From Eledone cirrhosa (Eukaryota), in the NCBI GenBank assembly GCA_964016885.1, contig OZ024741.1:178870001-178934000 (forward strand): 64,000 bases of DNA, in the 5' to 3' direction. Positions 51,225-64,000 of the stretch are shown here, piece by piece. Below the pieces are notes generated by a model. The model was not told the origin of the DNA and made no database searches. It saw only the letters and a list, made by a program, of their open reading frames with translations. A program made the position numbers and the translations under genes. Numbering within the stretch: position 1 is the first letter of the stretch; each line of letters opens with the position of its first letter.

Positions 51225-53995
51225 TATGGTTAAATTCAAGTCACTCAAACAACAGATGGAAACAGAAATCTCAAGACACTCTAAAGGCATACTCTATGAA
51301 AAAAACTTAAAACTTTGGAAAGAAAATTGTGAGGATGAAGAACTAACATCCCTCCAGCGATGGGAGAAAAACTCCACCTGGTTCAACAACTACGAAATGG
51401 ATTTCAAAAATGAACAACATACAGGTAACCCATTTTTAAAACAAACTAAAACTCACACACCACACGCACAACAAATAACATAAACAGTAACAAAACGTCC
51501 AACATACCCCCAGCAAAACTATGACGATAATCCCAGAACCCATAGACAAAACTATAACCTTACTAACAAAACCCGAATGTCCCCCAACACAAGACAGAAC
51601 CCGATCCGCAGATCAAACCCACACAAAACCTATTCCAAAACCGTAGACCCCAACCCACACAGAATCTGTTCCAAAATCGTAGATCCCAACCCAAACAAAG
51701 GAACAAAATCTACTACCCGGGCTATCAACAAACCGAACCTCAATACGTCCGAAACTTCTATACAATACCACACAATAACAGGGGAAATGCCATTAGATAT
51801 AATACCCATGAAAAAACAATTCAGAAAAATCATTTTTTAGAACAAGGCTACAGTACCCACGATACCCGGTGGCACAAACCGATTTTGAAAAACCGAAAAT
51901 AATCAGACTTTCAAATACAAACTTAGCCCAATAAATTAAAATTCTCTCCAAAGGACTGAAATGCACACCAACACCATAATACTCTAACCTCAATGAGATA
52001 AATGACGATATCTCATACTTCTGTAGAAAATTACGTCTCACAGAAGAATGACAAGGAGAATAACGACCAATCAATTGTACGCAATAAAAGCAGCTACAAC
52101 CCAACAAATGGTAGAAACAGAGTTCTGGACAAATTTTATGACCACATAGCAACTTTCCCATACCATGAACTACCGCAACTTAAACCCAAACCCAACACGA
52201 GTCGAAGGGAATAGGACGTTATCAAAAAAACAATACGGGCATTATAATTAAGGAAGCGGACAAGGGAAATACTGTCGTCATTATGGTTGCTGAACAATAT
52301 AAAAATTCTGTTCTATCTCTTACAAAATACTAACTACCATGAAAGAGTAAAAAACTACCAACTATCAAAAATGATGACCAGATTAAACATTCATTTGTCG
52401 ATACCACGAAGACTTAACTAAAAAGGAACGAGATTATTTAACACATTTTGAATACAAAACCCGCAACCTTTACGGACTTCCGAAGATCCACAAGTGTAAA
52501 ATAATTAACGATGCCTGTAAACATCCACCTCAATCTGCGTGAACACACAATACCCAACAGACCTTAAATTAAGACCAATTGTAGCGGGCCCACAATGTGA
52601 AACACACAGACTAAGCAACTTTATAGACATACTACTAAAACCAATTCTCAAACACATACCAAGCCTTGTAAGAGACGATCTGGACCTCTTAAACCACCTC
52701 CCCAAACATGTCAACAACGACACTATTATTGTGTCTTTCGATGTAGTGAATCTCTACACAACGATCCCACACCAATACGGACTAGAAGCAATAGGATTCT
52801 GGCTAGAGAAATGTCCCAATGGAATACCTGACAGAATAGAAACAAGCTTCATCAGCGAGGGATTAAAATTTATTTTACAGAACAACTTTTTTTATTTCGA
52901 TGGTAGTACTTACAAGCAAATATCGGGGACTGCGATGGGTACAAAAGCCGCTCCAACTTATGCCAACTTAGTCATGGCATACTTGGAAGTCCAGATATAT
53001 GAACAGTCCAAATCAAAATACGGATTGAACTTCCACAAATATTTATCAGAGAATTGGAAACGTTACTTGGATGATTGTCTCATTCTTTGGTCTCACACAC
53101 TCGACCAACTAAATGATTTCAAAAATTTAATTAACGGCATCAATAACCACATCCAATTCACAATGGAATACAACCAAGATCAACTCCCATTTCTGGACAT
53201 CTTAAACTTAAAAAAAGACACAAACATTGAAGCTGACATACACTGCAAACAATACCTGCTATTCCCCTCCAACTATCCAAAGCACACGAAGACGAACATC
53301 CCTTTTAACCTAGCCAGAAGAATTTGCACAATTGTCTCCAATTATGAAACGCGAAATAAAAGACTTCAAGAATTAAAGGAAATTCTACTTGAAAGACAGT
53401 ACCCACCATTACTAATAAATAATGGAATAGAAAGGGCTAAAGCAATAGGCATTGATGAATTACGAAAACAGAAACAAATTCAAGGTACGTCCAATATTAT
53501 ATAATATATCTCAACACACAACCCAAGAAATGCGGAAGCTTACAACACTATTCACAAGAACATCCCACTATTGAAACAAGACCCAAGAATGAAAAAAGCC
53601 CTTGAAGCACACAACATAATCAAAAGTAAAAGACAACCGAAATCACTAAAAACATTACTCACCAATGCCAATTTACCTACAGCCAACTGTCAAAAAATGT
53701 GGTCGCTCTAATTGTGGAACCTGCACTCACCTCATTGAAGGCAAAACGTATACATTTCAATCAGGAAAAATGTTGCTGTAAAAAATCACTTCACTTGCTC
53801 ATCAAAAAATCTACTTTATGCCATTAAATGTAAAGGATGCAGTAAAGATTATATAGGACAAACTAAACTCACACTCAGAAACAGAATGATAGTTCATCGC
53901 AAACAATTACGAGATCAACAATACAACAGAACAAATACGAATAAATAAGGAAAATATGTTTATTCAAAAATATAGACCAGCATTAAATATAGTTT
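51225..53995 (+). mobile_element. Decayed Penelope-like element (Neptune-like): RT, Cys linker, GIY-YIG
   Basis: IIIKEADKGNTVVIM (~52241), LYGLPKIHK, LRPIVAG, VSFDVVNLYTTIP, QISGTAMGTKAAPTYANL, WKRYLDD; then CGRSNCGTC...FTCSSKNLLYAIKCKGCSKDYIGQT...RNRMIVH. Several stops and frameshifts. Confidence 0.92.
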
Positions 53996-54009
53996 AATAT
54001 ACATTATGT

Positions 54010-54600
54010 CAACACCATAACATGCTAACCATCCAAACAGACACATATACACACACACATAACACCTTCTACTTTAGAAAATAAAAACCAGACAGAACTA
54101 AATAAACCTCAACATACGTTAATACTCTAACACCATAACATGCTAACCACACACCTCACACACATAACTCCCTCCCCCATTTCTACTAACGGAATCATTT
54201 TCATACACACACGCACTCACATAAAAATTATATATATTTTCTCCATCTTAACATGCTAACCATGCTCCCACACACACTAACACACACACATAACACCGAT
54301 ACACACACACAACTCCATCCCCCATTTCTACTAATAGAATCATTTTCCTGCACACACCCACACAAAATATATATATTCTCTCCATTTTAACATGCTAGCC
54401 ATACTCCCACACACACACACATACACACACACATAACACACACACACGCAAAATATATATATTCTCTCCATCTTAACATGCTAACCATACTCCCACACAC
54501 ACAGACATAACACCCATACACACACACACAACTCCCTCCCCCATTTCTACTAATAGAATTATCTTCCTACACAGACACACACACAAGCACACAAATAATA
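54010..54600. repeat. Imperfect tandem repeats (aacatgctaacca...cccatttctactaa) downstream of the PLE ORF
   Basis: Motif recurs near 54019, 54138, 54250, 54389 and 54475. Confidence 0.75.
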
Positions 54601-54959
54601 CATATCTCTACTTTCTTTATTCCAATAGAAAGTCTGAATTCTGACACCCCAGCGCACCAGCCATATTCACTGAACCAGAACAATTCTCCCCATCCCATTT
54701 TTATTGACCATTATCTTTTGTTTGGCACAAAATTCTCTAAATGGTTATAAAAAAAATTCCCAGGCGCGAAATTTAATGTACTTATTCACGTGACGGTCAT
54801 AATTTCATTTATAACCAATCAAATTACATTTATTTAAAAAAAAGCATTCGTGAGCCACTTTTTTTTAATTAAAAAGAAATTCAAACACAAACTTGCGCGA
54901 AAGCTGATGTGCTTATTCACGTGACTGCATCAACCAACCAAACTTCACTCATATATGAA

Positions 54960-56506
54960 AAAAGAACCTGATAATGTACTCCCGCTACGTTGATGATATA
55001 AACATCGTAGTTAAAACACCCCCACTAGAGAATAGTCAGGAATTAGAGAAAAACACAATGGAGAGCATCCAGCAAATAGCTAACTCCATCCACCAGAGTA
55101 TTAGAGTTACTATAGACTACCCAAGTAAACACCCCAACCATCGATTACCTGTAATAGACACAGAGCTCTGGTTAGATACCATTAATAAAAAAAAAAAAAT
55201 CCTCCATTCCCATTATGCCAAACCCATGACTTCCAAATATCTGATCCACCGAAACTCAGCAGTTTCGAACCATACCAAAATCAACATACTGATTGCGGAT
55301 TTGGTACGGGTGATGAGAAACGTGTCCCGCATGTGCAACCCCGAAGAACTAGAAAGACACATACAACACTTCATCCACCGTATGCAGTTCTCTGGTTACA
55401 ATCAGAGAGATAAAATCAGAGTGTATAGAGGAGCCAGAACCAAATGGGAAAAAATGGTAAATAATGACACAAATGGGACCTGCCCCTTGTATAGGAGCAC
55501 ATTTTGGAATAGAATAGAAAGAAGTAGGAATAAGGCTAATAGAATAAACTCATGGTATGATAGCAATAAATACCAGAGTGTAATGTTCATCGATACAACC
55601 CCTAGAGGTGAATTAGCTTACAAATTTAGAAGGCCTCTAGATAAACATAAACTCAATATTAAGATAGTAGAAAGACCAGGTACCTCCTTAAAAACACTTA
55701 TTAGCAAGACATACCCTTTTCAAAGACCCCCCTGTATAGATAAGAAATGTATAACCTGTAAATTAAGCCCCCATATTAACTGTAAAACTAGAAATGTAGT
55801 ATATAGCATAAGATGTACTGAAGGACAATGTAGAGACAAAAATATAGTGTACATAGGTTAGACAGCTCGTAGGGTAGGGGAACGGATAAACGAACACTGG
55901 CGAGACCTTCAAGATAGTAAAGAATCAACTGTACTCTACCAACATGCTAAAATAGAACATAAGGGTAAATTAGAGAACATAGAAATAAATATAGAATCTA
56001 CACACAGAAAAGACGCAATGTTTAGAAAAATCACAGAGGCAATAAACATAAAAGAATTACAACCAAAATTAAATAGAAAATATGAGTGGAACAGCAACAT
56101 CACAACTTACAATTAAGGACAAAATGAAAACACACACGCACATAGAACAAACAACCAACCTGTAACATGTAAATAAACAAATAAATAAACGAATACAAAC
56201 ACACACAGACACCCGGATGTGGCGCATGCGCAGACTGAGCACACAACACACACACAGAAACAAGATGTCGTAGGACAGAACAAAGGAGAGGCACAAAAGC
56301 AAAGAAAAGAATCCCCAGTCACTGAAGAGGTCACAGAATGTGTGACGAAAGAACTTTGACAATATATAAACAACCATCTGGTTGTGGAACCAACCAACCA
56401 ACTGGAAATTTATAAATTCCTAAATTTATAAATTTATTATAATAAATTGAAGTGAAAGCAACTGGTGCGTGTGTTTCTTATTGGCAACATGACCCTCCCA
56501 AAGAAT

Positions 56507-56512
<6 letters not shown>
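54960..56512 (+). mobile_element. 5'-truncated Penelope-like element: RT C-terminus, GIY-YIG and pseudo-LTR
   Basis: YSRYVDD...CIDKKCITC...CKTRNVVYSIRC...YIG*TARRVGERINEH...LYQHAKIEH...RKITEAINIKELQPKLNRKYEW; single TAG at 55859; tail shared with 50220-50305, 22800-22885 and 61305-61470. Confidence 0.92.
56318..56360 (+). ncRNA. Minimal hammerhead motif in the PLE pseudo-LTR
   Basis: guca-CUGAAGA-g-GUCACA-gaaug-UGUGAC-GAAA-GAACUU-ugac. Confidence 0.7.
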
Positions 56513-56548
<36 letters not shown>

Positions 56549-56912
56549 ATCATATCATAAGGAATATAAAACCATTGGTGGTTTTAAATCCCTTATGATT
56601 TGAACACATATATATATATATGTAAATGTCTCTCTTTACTGTCATATATATATATATATATAAATGAAAGTAGAGAAATTAATGTGAGCAAGAAGCCAAC
56701 AGTATTTCATAATATATAAGTGACTATAACGTCAAAATGGAAAATATTTAACGTAAGACATGGGAAAATAATTCAAACTCAATTATAAAAAAATCAAGAC
56801 AGAGATTTTATCCACAGATTTTGTGAAATCCAGGGAAAAAACCAATAGAGTCTTAATTCAGAATAAAATAAAGTTTAAATACTCATCCTTCAATTTGGAA
56901 AAAACTACAAAT

Positions 56913-56993
56913 GCTCTATATAGTCTTAAAAAGACTATTTCACGAAACCTTTCAGTGGGATTAGTCACGGTTGGAGTCGTTCATCAGTTGAGC
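56913..56993 (-). ncRNA. Type I hammerhead, array copy with one stem I mismatch
   Basis: As 57540-57620, but the 5' strand of stem I reads gcucaa. Confidence 0.8.
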
Positions 56994-57539
56994 TCAACAC
57001 GATAACCAAAACCACTGCCAAAATATGCCAGAAAGGGAATTTAAAAGCAGGCTAGTTCACCTCGTGCGGAATTATGAAAATAAACACAGATGGAGAAACA
57101 TGGCTGGTGACGTCAGAATGAGACGAATATCTGTTTACAAGAAACAGCAGTCAAAACATTCCGAAAAAAAACTCAACGAATGTATGGAGTTCAGCATATA
57201 GCAATATTATCGCGGTTTTTTTTTTTAAAGACCGGGATTAGTCACAAATAATTTTAAGCACTCTAGGAAAAATTCCGAGTATAAATATAAATGAAAGTAG
57301 AGAAATTAATGTGAGCAAGAAGCCAACAGCATTTCATAATATATAAGTGACTATAACGTCAAAATGGAAAATATTTAACGTAAGACATGGGAAAATAATT
57401 CAAACTCAATTTTAAAAAAATCAAGACAGAGATTTTATCCACAGATTTTGTGAAATCCAGGGAAAAAACCAATAGAGTCTTAACTCAGAATAAAATAAAG
57501 TTTAAATACTCATCCTTCAATTTGGAAAAAACTACAAAT

Positions 57540-57620
57540 GCTCTATATAGTCTTAAAAAGACTATTTCACGAAACCTTTCAGTGGGATTAGTCACGGTTG
57601 GAGTCGTTCATCAGTAGAGC
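57540..57620 (-). ncRNA. Canonical type I hammerhead ribozyme, array copy
   Basis: Reverse complement: GCUCUA-CUGAUGA-ACGA[cuccaaccgugacuaaucccacugaaagguu]UCGU-GAAA-UAGUCUU-uuu-AAGACUA-UA-UAGAGC; AUA triplet; predicted cut between 57546 and 57545. Confidence 0.9.
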
Positions 57621-58165
57621 TCAACACGATAACCAAAACCACTGCCAAAATATGCCAGAAAGGGAATTTAAAAGCAGGCTAGTTCACCTCGTGCGGAATT
57701 ATGAAAATAAACACAGATGGAGAAACATGGCTGGTGACGTCAGAATGAGACGAATGTCTGTTTACAAGAAACAGCAGTCAAAACATTCCGAAAAAAAACT
57801 CAACGAATGTATGGAGTTCAGCATATAGCAATATTATCGCGGTTTTTTTTTTAAAGACCGGGATTAGTCACAAATAATTTTAAGCACTCTAGGAAAAATT
57901 CCGAGTATAAATATAAATGAAAGTAGAGAAATTAATGTGAGCAAGAAGCCAACAGCATTTCATAATATATAAGTGACTATAACGTCAAAATGGAAAATAT
58001 TTAACGTAAGACATGGGAAAATAATTCAAACTCAATTTTAAAAAAATCAAGACAGAGATTTTATCCACAGATTTTGTGAAATCCAGGGAAAAAACCAATA
58101 GAGTCTTAACTCAGAATAAAATAAAGTTTAAATACTCATCCTTCAATTTGGAAAAAACTGCAAAT

Positions 58166-58246
58166 GCTCTATATAGTCTTAAAAAGACTATTTCACGAAA
58201 CCTTTCAGTGGGATTAGTCACGGTTGGAGTCGTTCATCAGTAGAGC
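58166..58246 (-). ncRNA. Canonical type I hammerhead ribozyme, array copy
   Basis: Identical to 57540-57620. Confidence 0.9.
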
Positions 58247-59120
58247 TCAACACGATAACCAAAACCACTGCCAAAATATGCCAGAAAGGGAATTTAAAAG
58301 CAGACTAGTTCACCTCGTGCGGAATTATGAAAATAAACACAGATGGAGAAACATGGCTGGTGACGTCAGAATGAGACGAATGTCTGTTTACAAGAAACAG
58401 CAGTCAAAACATTCCGAAAAAAAACTCAACGAATGTATGGAGTCCAGCATATAGCAATATTATCGCGGTTTTTTTTTTTAAAGACCGGGATTAGTCACAA
58501 ATAATTTTAAGCACTCTAGGAAAAATTCCGAGTATAAATATAAATGAAAGTAGAGAAATTAATGTGAGCAAGAAGCCAACAGTATTTCATAATATATAAG
58601 AGACTATAACGTCATAATGGAAAATATTTAACGTAAGATGTGGGAAAATAATTCAAACGCTCTCTCTATATATATAAATATATGTATATATATATATATA
58701 GCGATCGATCACTTCAAGATATAATCGGTAATGATCGGGTATGACTCTAGAATCAATAGCTGTTATGAAACTTGTGGATTATTTAGCATTGAGTTCTCAA
58801 ACTGGTGAACCATCAGTACATAAACGTTACACACCAATACACTACATGTATATAGGCACTTTATCCAGTTCATAGCTTCTAGATGTGTTCTGTTTATTGA
58901 GATCAATAACCGAGCAGAGAATAATTGTATATAATACATTTAAAATATTGTATCTACAAAACGAAATAAAAATGAAAATTAATGAAGAAAAAGAATTGAG
59001 ATTTGAAGAGAGAAACGAATTCTACGTTTTCTAGATGACTATACACGTATACTGAAGTGTGCCAATACAAGAGTGTATAAAAAACATTTTTACATTGTTA
59101 CTTTGAAATCTCGGTTTTGT

Positions 59121-59274
<154 letters not shown>

Positions 59275-59365
59275 CGAAGGAAATGTGGTAAGGAACCAGG
59301 TGGACCATAACGCACCAAAGTACTCAATACTTGAGGTAGTAGAGTGGGTAATAGGAACCAGTAAG

Positions 59366-59459
59366 ACCCCGACAGCTGAGCTCAAGCCGTTTCGACGGCT
59401 AATTCTGGACTAAATGAAAATTTATCCTGGTATTTAAATAGCCGATCTTCTCAAGGGGT
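59366..59459 (-). ncRNA. Type I hammerhead with U3-A8 core variant
   Basis: Reverse complement: ACCCC-UUGAGAA-GA(u)CGGCUA...UAGCCGUC-GAAA-CGGC-uugagcuca-GCU-GUC-GGGGU. Confidence 0.7.
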
Positions 59460-60840
59460 AATTCCATATATGGTCAAAGTGATTGTCAAAAATCAGTAGT
59501 AATTCTGTGGTTGCAAATTAGTAGGGGAGATGGTGGCTAAACCTGCCAGTAGGAGAAAGAGGGGAGGGGGTGGAGTAGCCCCAATCAAGCGTTTGTAGTG
59601 CCAGCTACAGCTGGGCATGAGGTCAAAGAAGATACAGGGGAGGGGGAGGGGGAGGAAGTCGGAACGGTAGGTAGAACAATGGGGGGTAGAAATATATAGG
59701 AAAGAAAAAATACTGAGAGTGAAGAAAAGCAAATAAGTGTAAAGAAAAACAAATGAGTGTAAAGAAAAAAGTAAAGTAAATTAAAATCTACGACCTAGGT
59801 CTCTAGCTATTGTTAGTCTAGAATAAATAAATAAATAAAGAAAGAAAGAAGTAAAGAAAGAAAGAAAGAAATAACGAAATAAGTAAAAGAACTAGGTGGG
59901 ACGGATAAGGCGAGGACCCTTTTAAGAGGTATAAGTACGTAAATGATACGGTGACGGGTCAACAAAAGGGGCCAAAATACTAAAGAGACTACCACGAAAT
60001 AAACAATAAAGGTTTCCATCCCGGGCACAATTCCAGCAACCACCCAGTGCAGCAAAGTGAACTAATACGAGATAATAATTCTGAGTCCCGAGAAAAATAT
60101 ATACTAATGCTAACTCTAAAAGATCTAAAACAAGCTACATGAAAGTTCGTACGAAGTAAAGGTAGAATACGGAAGAATAAATTCAGAATCCACCCCGCCC
60201 AAAAGAAAAGCGAAGAAAGAAATACTGAAACGAAAAAATAAGGCATAAGTGCCACTAAGAAATATAGAGGGCACAGAGAATAGTGGGAGCGGTCGGAAAA
60301 AGGGGACAAGTATCCGGGGTCTAAACCAACTGCTATAAAGGGCGGAGTCCGCCAAATCTATCCTAGACTAGGGGAGGGGGTGGGGGTACTAAGGCTACAA
60401 GGGGCCAAAGGGCAGCCTCGGGTGGGCGAGAAAAGACGCCGACAAAGGAGAAGAGCTGGGGTAGAATATTTATTTATTCTAGACTAACAATAGCTAGAGA
60501 CCTAGGTCGTAGATTTTAATTTACTTTACTTTTTTCTTTACACTCATTTGTTTTTCTTTACACTTATTTGCTTTTCTTCACTCTCAGTATTTTTTCTTTC
60601 CTATATATTTCTACCCCCCATTGTTCTACCTACCGTTCCGACTTCCTCCCCCTCCCCCTCCCCTGTATCTTCTTTGACCTCATGCCCAGCTGTAGCTGGC
60701 ACTACAAACGCTTGATTGGGGCTACTCCACCCCCTCCCCTCTTTCTCCTACTGGCAGGTTTAGCCACCATCTCCCCTACTAATTTGCAACCACAGAATTA
60801 CTACTGATTTTTGACAATCACTTTGACCATATATGGAATT

Positions 60841-60934
60841 ACCCCTTGAGAAGATCGGCTATTTAAATACCAGGATAAATTTTCGTTTAGTCCAGAATTA
60901 GCCGTCGAAACGGCTTGAACTCAGCTGTCGGGGT
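60841..60934 (+). ncRNA. Type I hammerhead with U3-A8 core variant (inverted copy)
   Basis: acccc 60841-60845; UUGAGAA 60846-60852; GAAA 60907-60910; GUC 60927-60929; ggggu 60930-60934. Confidence 0.7.
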
Positions 60935-60944
60935 CTTACTGGTT

Positions 60945-61017
<73 letters not shown>

Positions 61018-61242
61018 GTTTAATAAATGAACAGAGAACAAAAAACAGAGGCAGTACAAATTGATATTGTTTTTAGTTTCCGAGAGAGAGAGTCTGGAAC
61101 TAGCTGTTGAAACGGCAAGAGCTCAGCCGACGATGTCCTAACTCATTCATATAACTATACTCTACTACCCCAACTATCGAGTACTCTGATGAGTAATGGT
61201 CCGAATCCATCTTGATTTACATATATCTATATATATATATTA

Positions 61243-61304
<62 letters not shown>

Positions 61305-61310
<6 letters not shown>

Positions 61311-61520
61311 TGGGACGGTCGTGTTGCCAAATAAAAACATAAACATCTATTGGTTTTCACCTCAATTTACTTCAAATTTCCAGTTGGTTGGTTTAATAAC
61401 CGGATGGTTGTTTATTTGTTTATTTTCAACGCTCTTTCGTCAAACATTCTGTGACCTCCTCCGTGACTAATTAGTTATTTTGTGTCGCTCCCTTATTGTG
61501 TCCTACACCATCTTGGTTTT
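61305..61520 (-). mobile_element. PLE pseudo-LTR fragment (family of 56270-56512) with a degenerate hammerhead at 61425-61467
   Basis: Reverse complement gtcacggaggaggtcacagaatgtttgacgaaagagcgttg...aaacaaccatccggtt...ccaaccaactggaaattt...ttggcaacacgaccgtcccaaagta. Confidence 0.75.
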
Positions 61521-61955
61521 CAGTGCACATCGCTTTCAAATCCGTTTTTCCATACTTGCATCAGTTGAACGGGTCGTTCTCAGCACGTCATCTCTCCACT
61601 CGCCGCGTTCCTTTATTATCACCTCTATGAAGCTCAGTGATTTGAGATCAGCTCACACCGCCTCTCCCTAGTTCTTTCTCGGTTTATCTCAACTGCGGCT
61701 TCCATCCTCTGGCATTTCCTGGCATGTCTACACCCCTCGATCATCATCCAAGTGCACCCCATGTCTGTACCAATACAGCCTTCTCTCCTGCACACCACCT
61801 CGGATTCCTCTTAAACTCAGCTTCTCCCTCAGTTACTCCAAACTCTGTCTTTCTCTCTCATTTACATTGTATATCCAAGTATGGTTGTTTATTTTCCCTC
61901 CTGTCTACACAAGCCTTCTGCAGCCACTGCCCATGTTTCACTACCCTGCACACAC

Positions 61956-63035
<1,080 letters not shown>

Positions 63036-63073
63036 GAATTCACAAATCAAAGCTATGTTCAAAACATTTATCC

Positions 63074-63118
63074 GCTGACAATTGTTTCTTCCAAACCTAG
63101 GCTTGGAGTCCTCGGAGC
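63074..63118 (-). ncRNA. Minimal hammerhead motif with U4C change
   Basis: Reverse complement: gcu-CCGAGGA-c-UCCAAGC-cuag-GUUUGGA-a-GAAA-C-AAUU-GUC-agc; palindromic stem III ACAAUUGU. Confidence 0.6.
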
Positions 63119-63458
63119 ATTTTTAATGATTGTACATATATAATTTACCTCCTACTCAACGTAAGAGATATACAGATACATATATATATATATGTATGTA
63201 CAGTGTGGAGTTGCAATTTACAGTTGAAAATTGCAAACTTGACTGTCACCACATATTATGAACCTGAAGATTGCGAAAGCATGAAAGTACTTGTTCAATT
63301 AACACTTAGAATTTAATATTCTATCATACTATTTCATTATAATACCATTATAAATTTTAAAGGATTGTAAATATAACGAGTAAATCAGACAAAGTTGGAA
63401 TTCCTCTTATTAATATAATCTCTATACACAATCATACACACCCGTGTATATATATCTA

Positions 63459-63499
<41 letters not shown>

Positions 63500-63667
63500 T
63501 AAAATAAGAGATTAAAGTTTAACCAAAGAATCGCTGCTTTCACCCTTAACGGGATCTTCTGAAACTAACCTTAGTTCCCTGGCAAAGAACGGGAAAAAAC
63601 GAATATAATACGTCATTAATAGGAGCGGTGAAAAACACTTACGCGCAAAGACACCTGCCATAGGTAT

Positions 63668-64000
63668 ACAAAACCACGCACATATAAATATGTGTGTGTA
63701 TGTGTGCGTGTATACAAATAAATAAAAATTAAATAAACGTATATAAATAAATAAATACGTATATAACAATCGCACACACATACCTACATGTAAATACACA
63801 AATGTTCGGAGACGTAAGTCAACCAAACAGGAAGTACACATATACACACACCCTACATACGTACGAACCTGCATACTCACACAGACGCAAAACTCCCGAA
63901 TACACATAACCAAACCATAACGTATTTATTTATTTATATACGTTTATTTAATTTTTATTTATTTGTATACACGCACACACACACACATATTTAAATGTGC
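63668..64000. repeat. Inverted repeat (63668-63760 vs 63920-64000) running off the window; probable inverted PLE pseudo-LTR
   Basis: gtgtgcgtgtatacaaataaataaaaattaaataaacgtatataaataaataaatacgt is reverse-complemented at 63920-63978. Confidence 0.7.

Larger units (their letters stand above)
56661..58658 (-). repeat. Tandem array of a 626-627 bp monomer (3.2 copies), retrozyme-like
   Basis: Unit starts at 56661, 57288, 57914 and 58541; only scattered substitutions between units; flanked by (TA)n; one hammerhead per unit. Confidence 0.93.

Noticed and set aside
55859-55861. In-frame stop in the GIY-YIG motif as possible recoding
   Set aside because: It is TAG at the YIG(E/Q)T position, a single-base nonsense change, not a UGA selenocysteine codon.
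57730-57762. Possible opposite-polarity hammerhead (CUGGUGA-cguc...gacg-aauguc) in the array monomer
   Set aside because: A6 is altered, there is no GAAA and no stem III, so no support for a viroid-like ambisense ribozyme pair.
57598-57828. 76 aa plus-strand ORF repeated in the 626-bp array
   Set aside because: Starts at TTG, overlaps the hammerhead antisense and has no recognisable motif; repetition only reflects the array.
56661-58658. CRISPR-like array
   Set aside because: Whole units are identical with no unique spacers, no cas genes are present, and the context is eukaryotic.
63525-63560. Minus-strand CAGAAGA-ccc/ggg-GAAA motif
   Set aside because: Core and cleavage triplet are both degenerate; not counted as a ribozyme.

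Overview
AT-rich, microsatellite-saturated animal genomic DNA. The SINE and microsatellite content suggests a cephalopod such as an octopus, which is an inference. No host protein-coding gene is recognisable. The window is a nest of mobile elements. (1) Two near-identical full-length ~5.8 kb Tx1/L1-clade LINEs lie head-to-tail inside a (GATA)n microsatellite, and a diverged truncated relative also ends in (GATA)n. (2) It holds the 5' part of an apparently intact RTE LINE and a probable non-autonomous derivative. (3) There are two decayed Penelope-like elements (PLE; RT plus GIY-YIG), a decayed mariner, R4/Dong-like and CRE-like fragments, tRNA-derived SINEs and MITE-like elements. (4) The main hidden layer is RNA. 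About 20 type I hammerhead ribozyme (HHR) motifs from several sequence families were found by eye, mostly in PLE-type fold-back relics embedded in (TA)n. The most notable is a 3.2-copy tandem array of a 626-627 bp non-coding monomer carrying one canonical hammerhead per unit (56661-58658, minus strand), which is the architecture of a circular-RNA-producing retrozyme. All ribozyme calls are manual base-pairing analyses, not covariance-model results.
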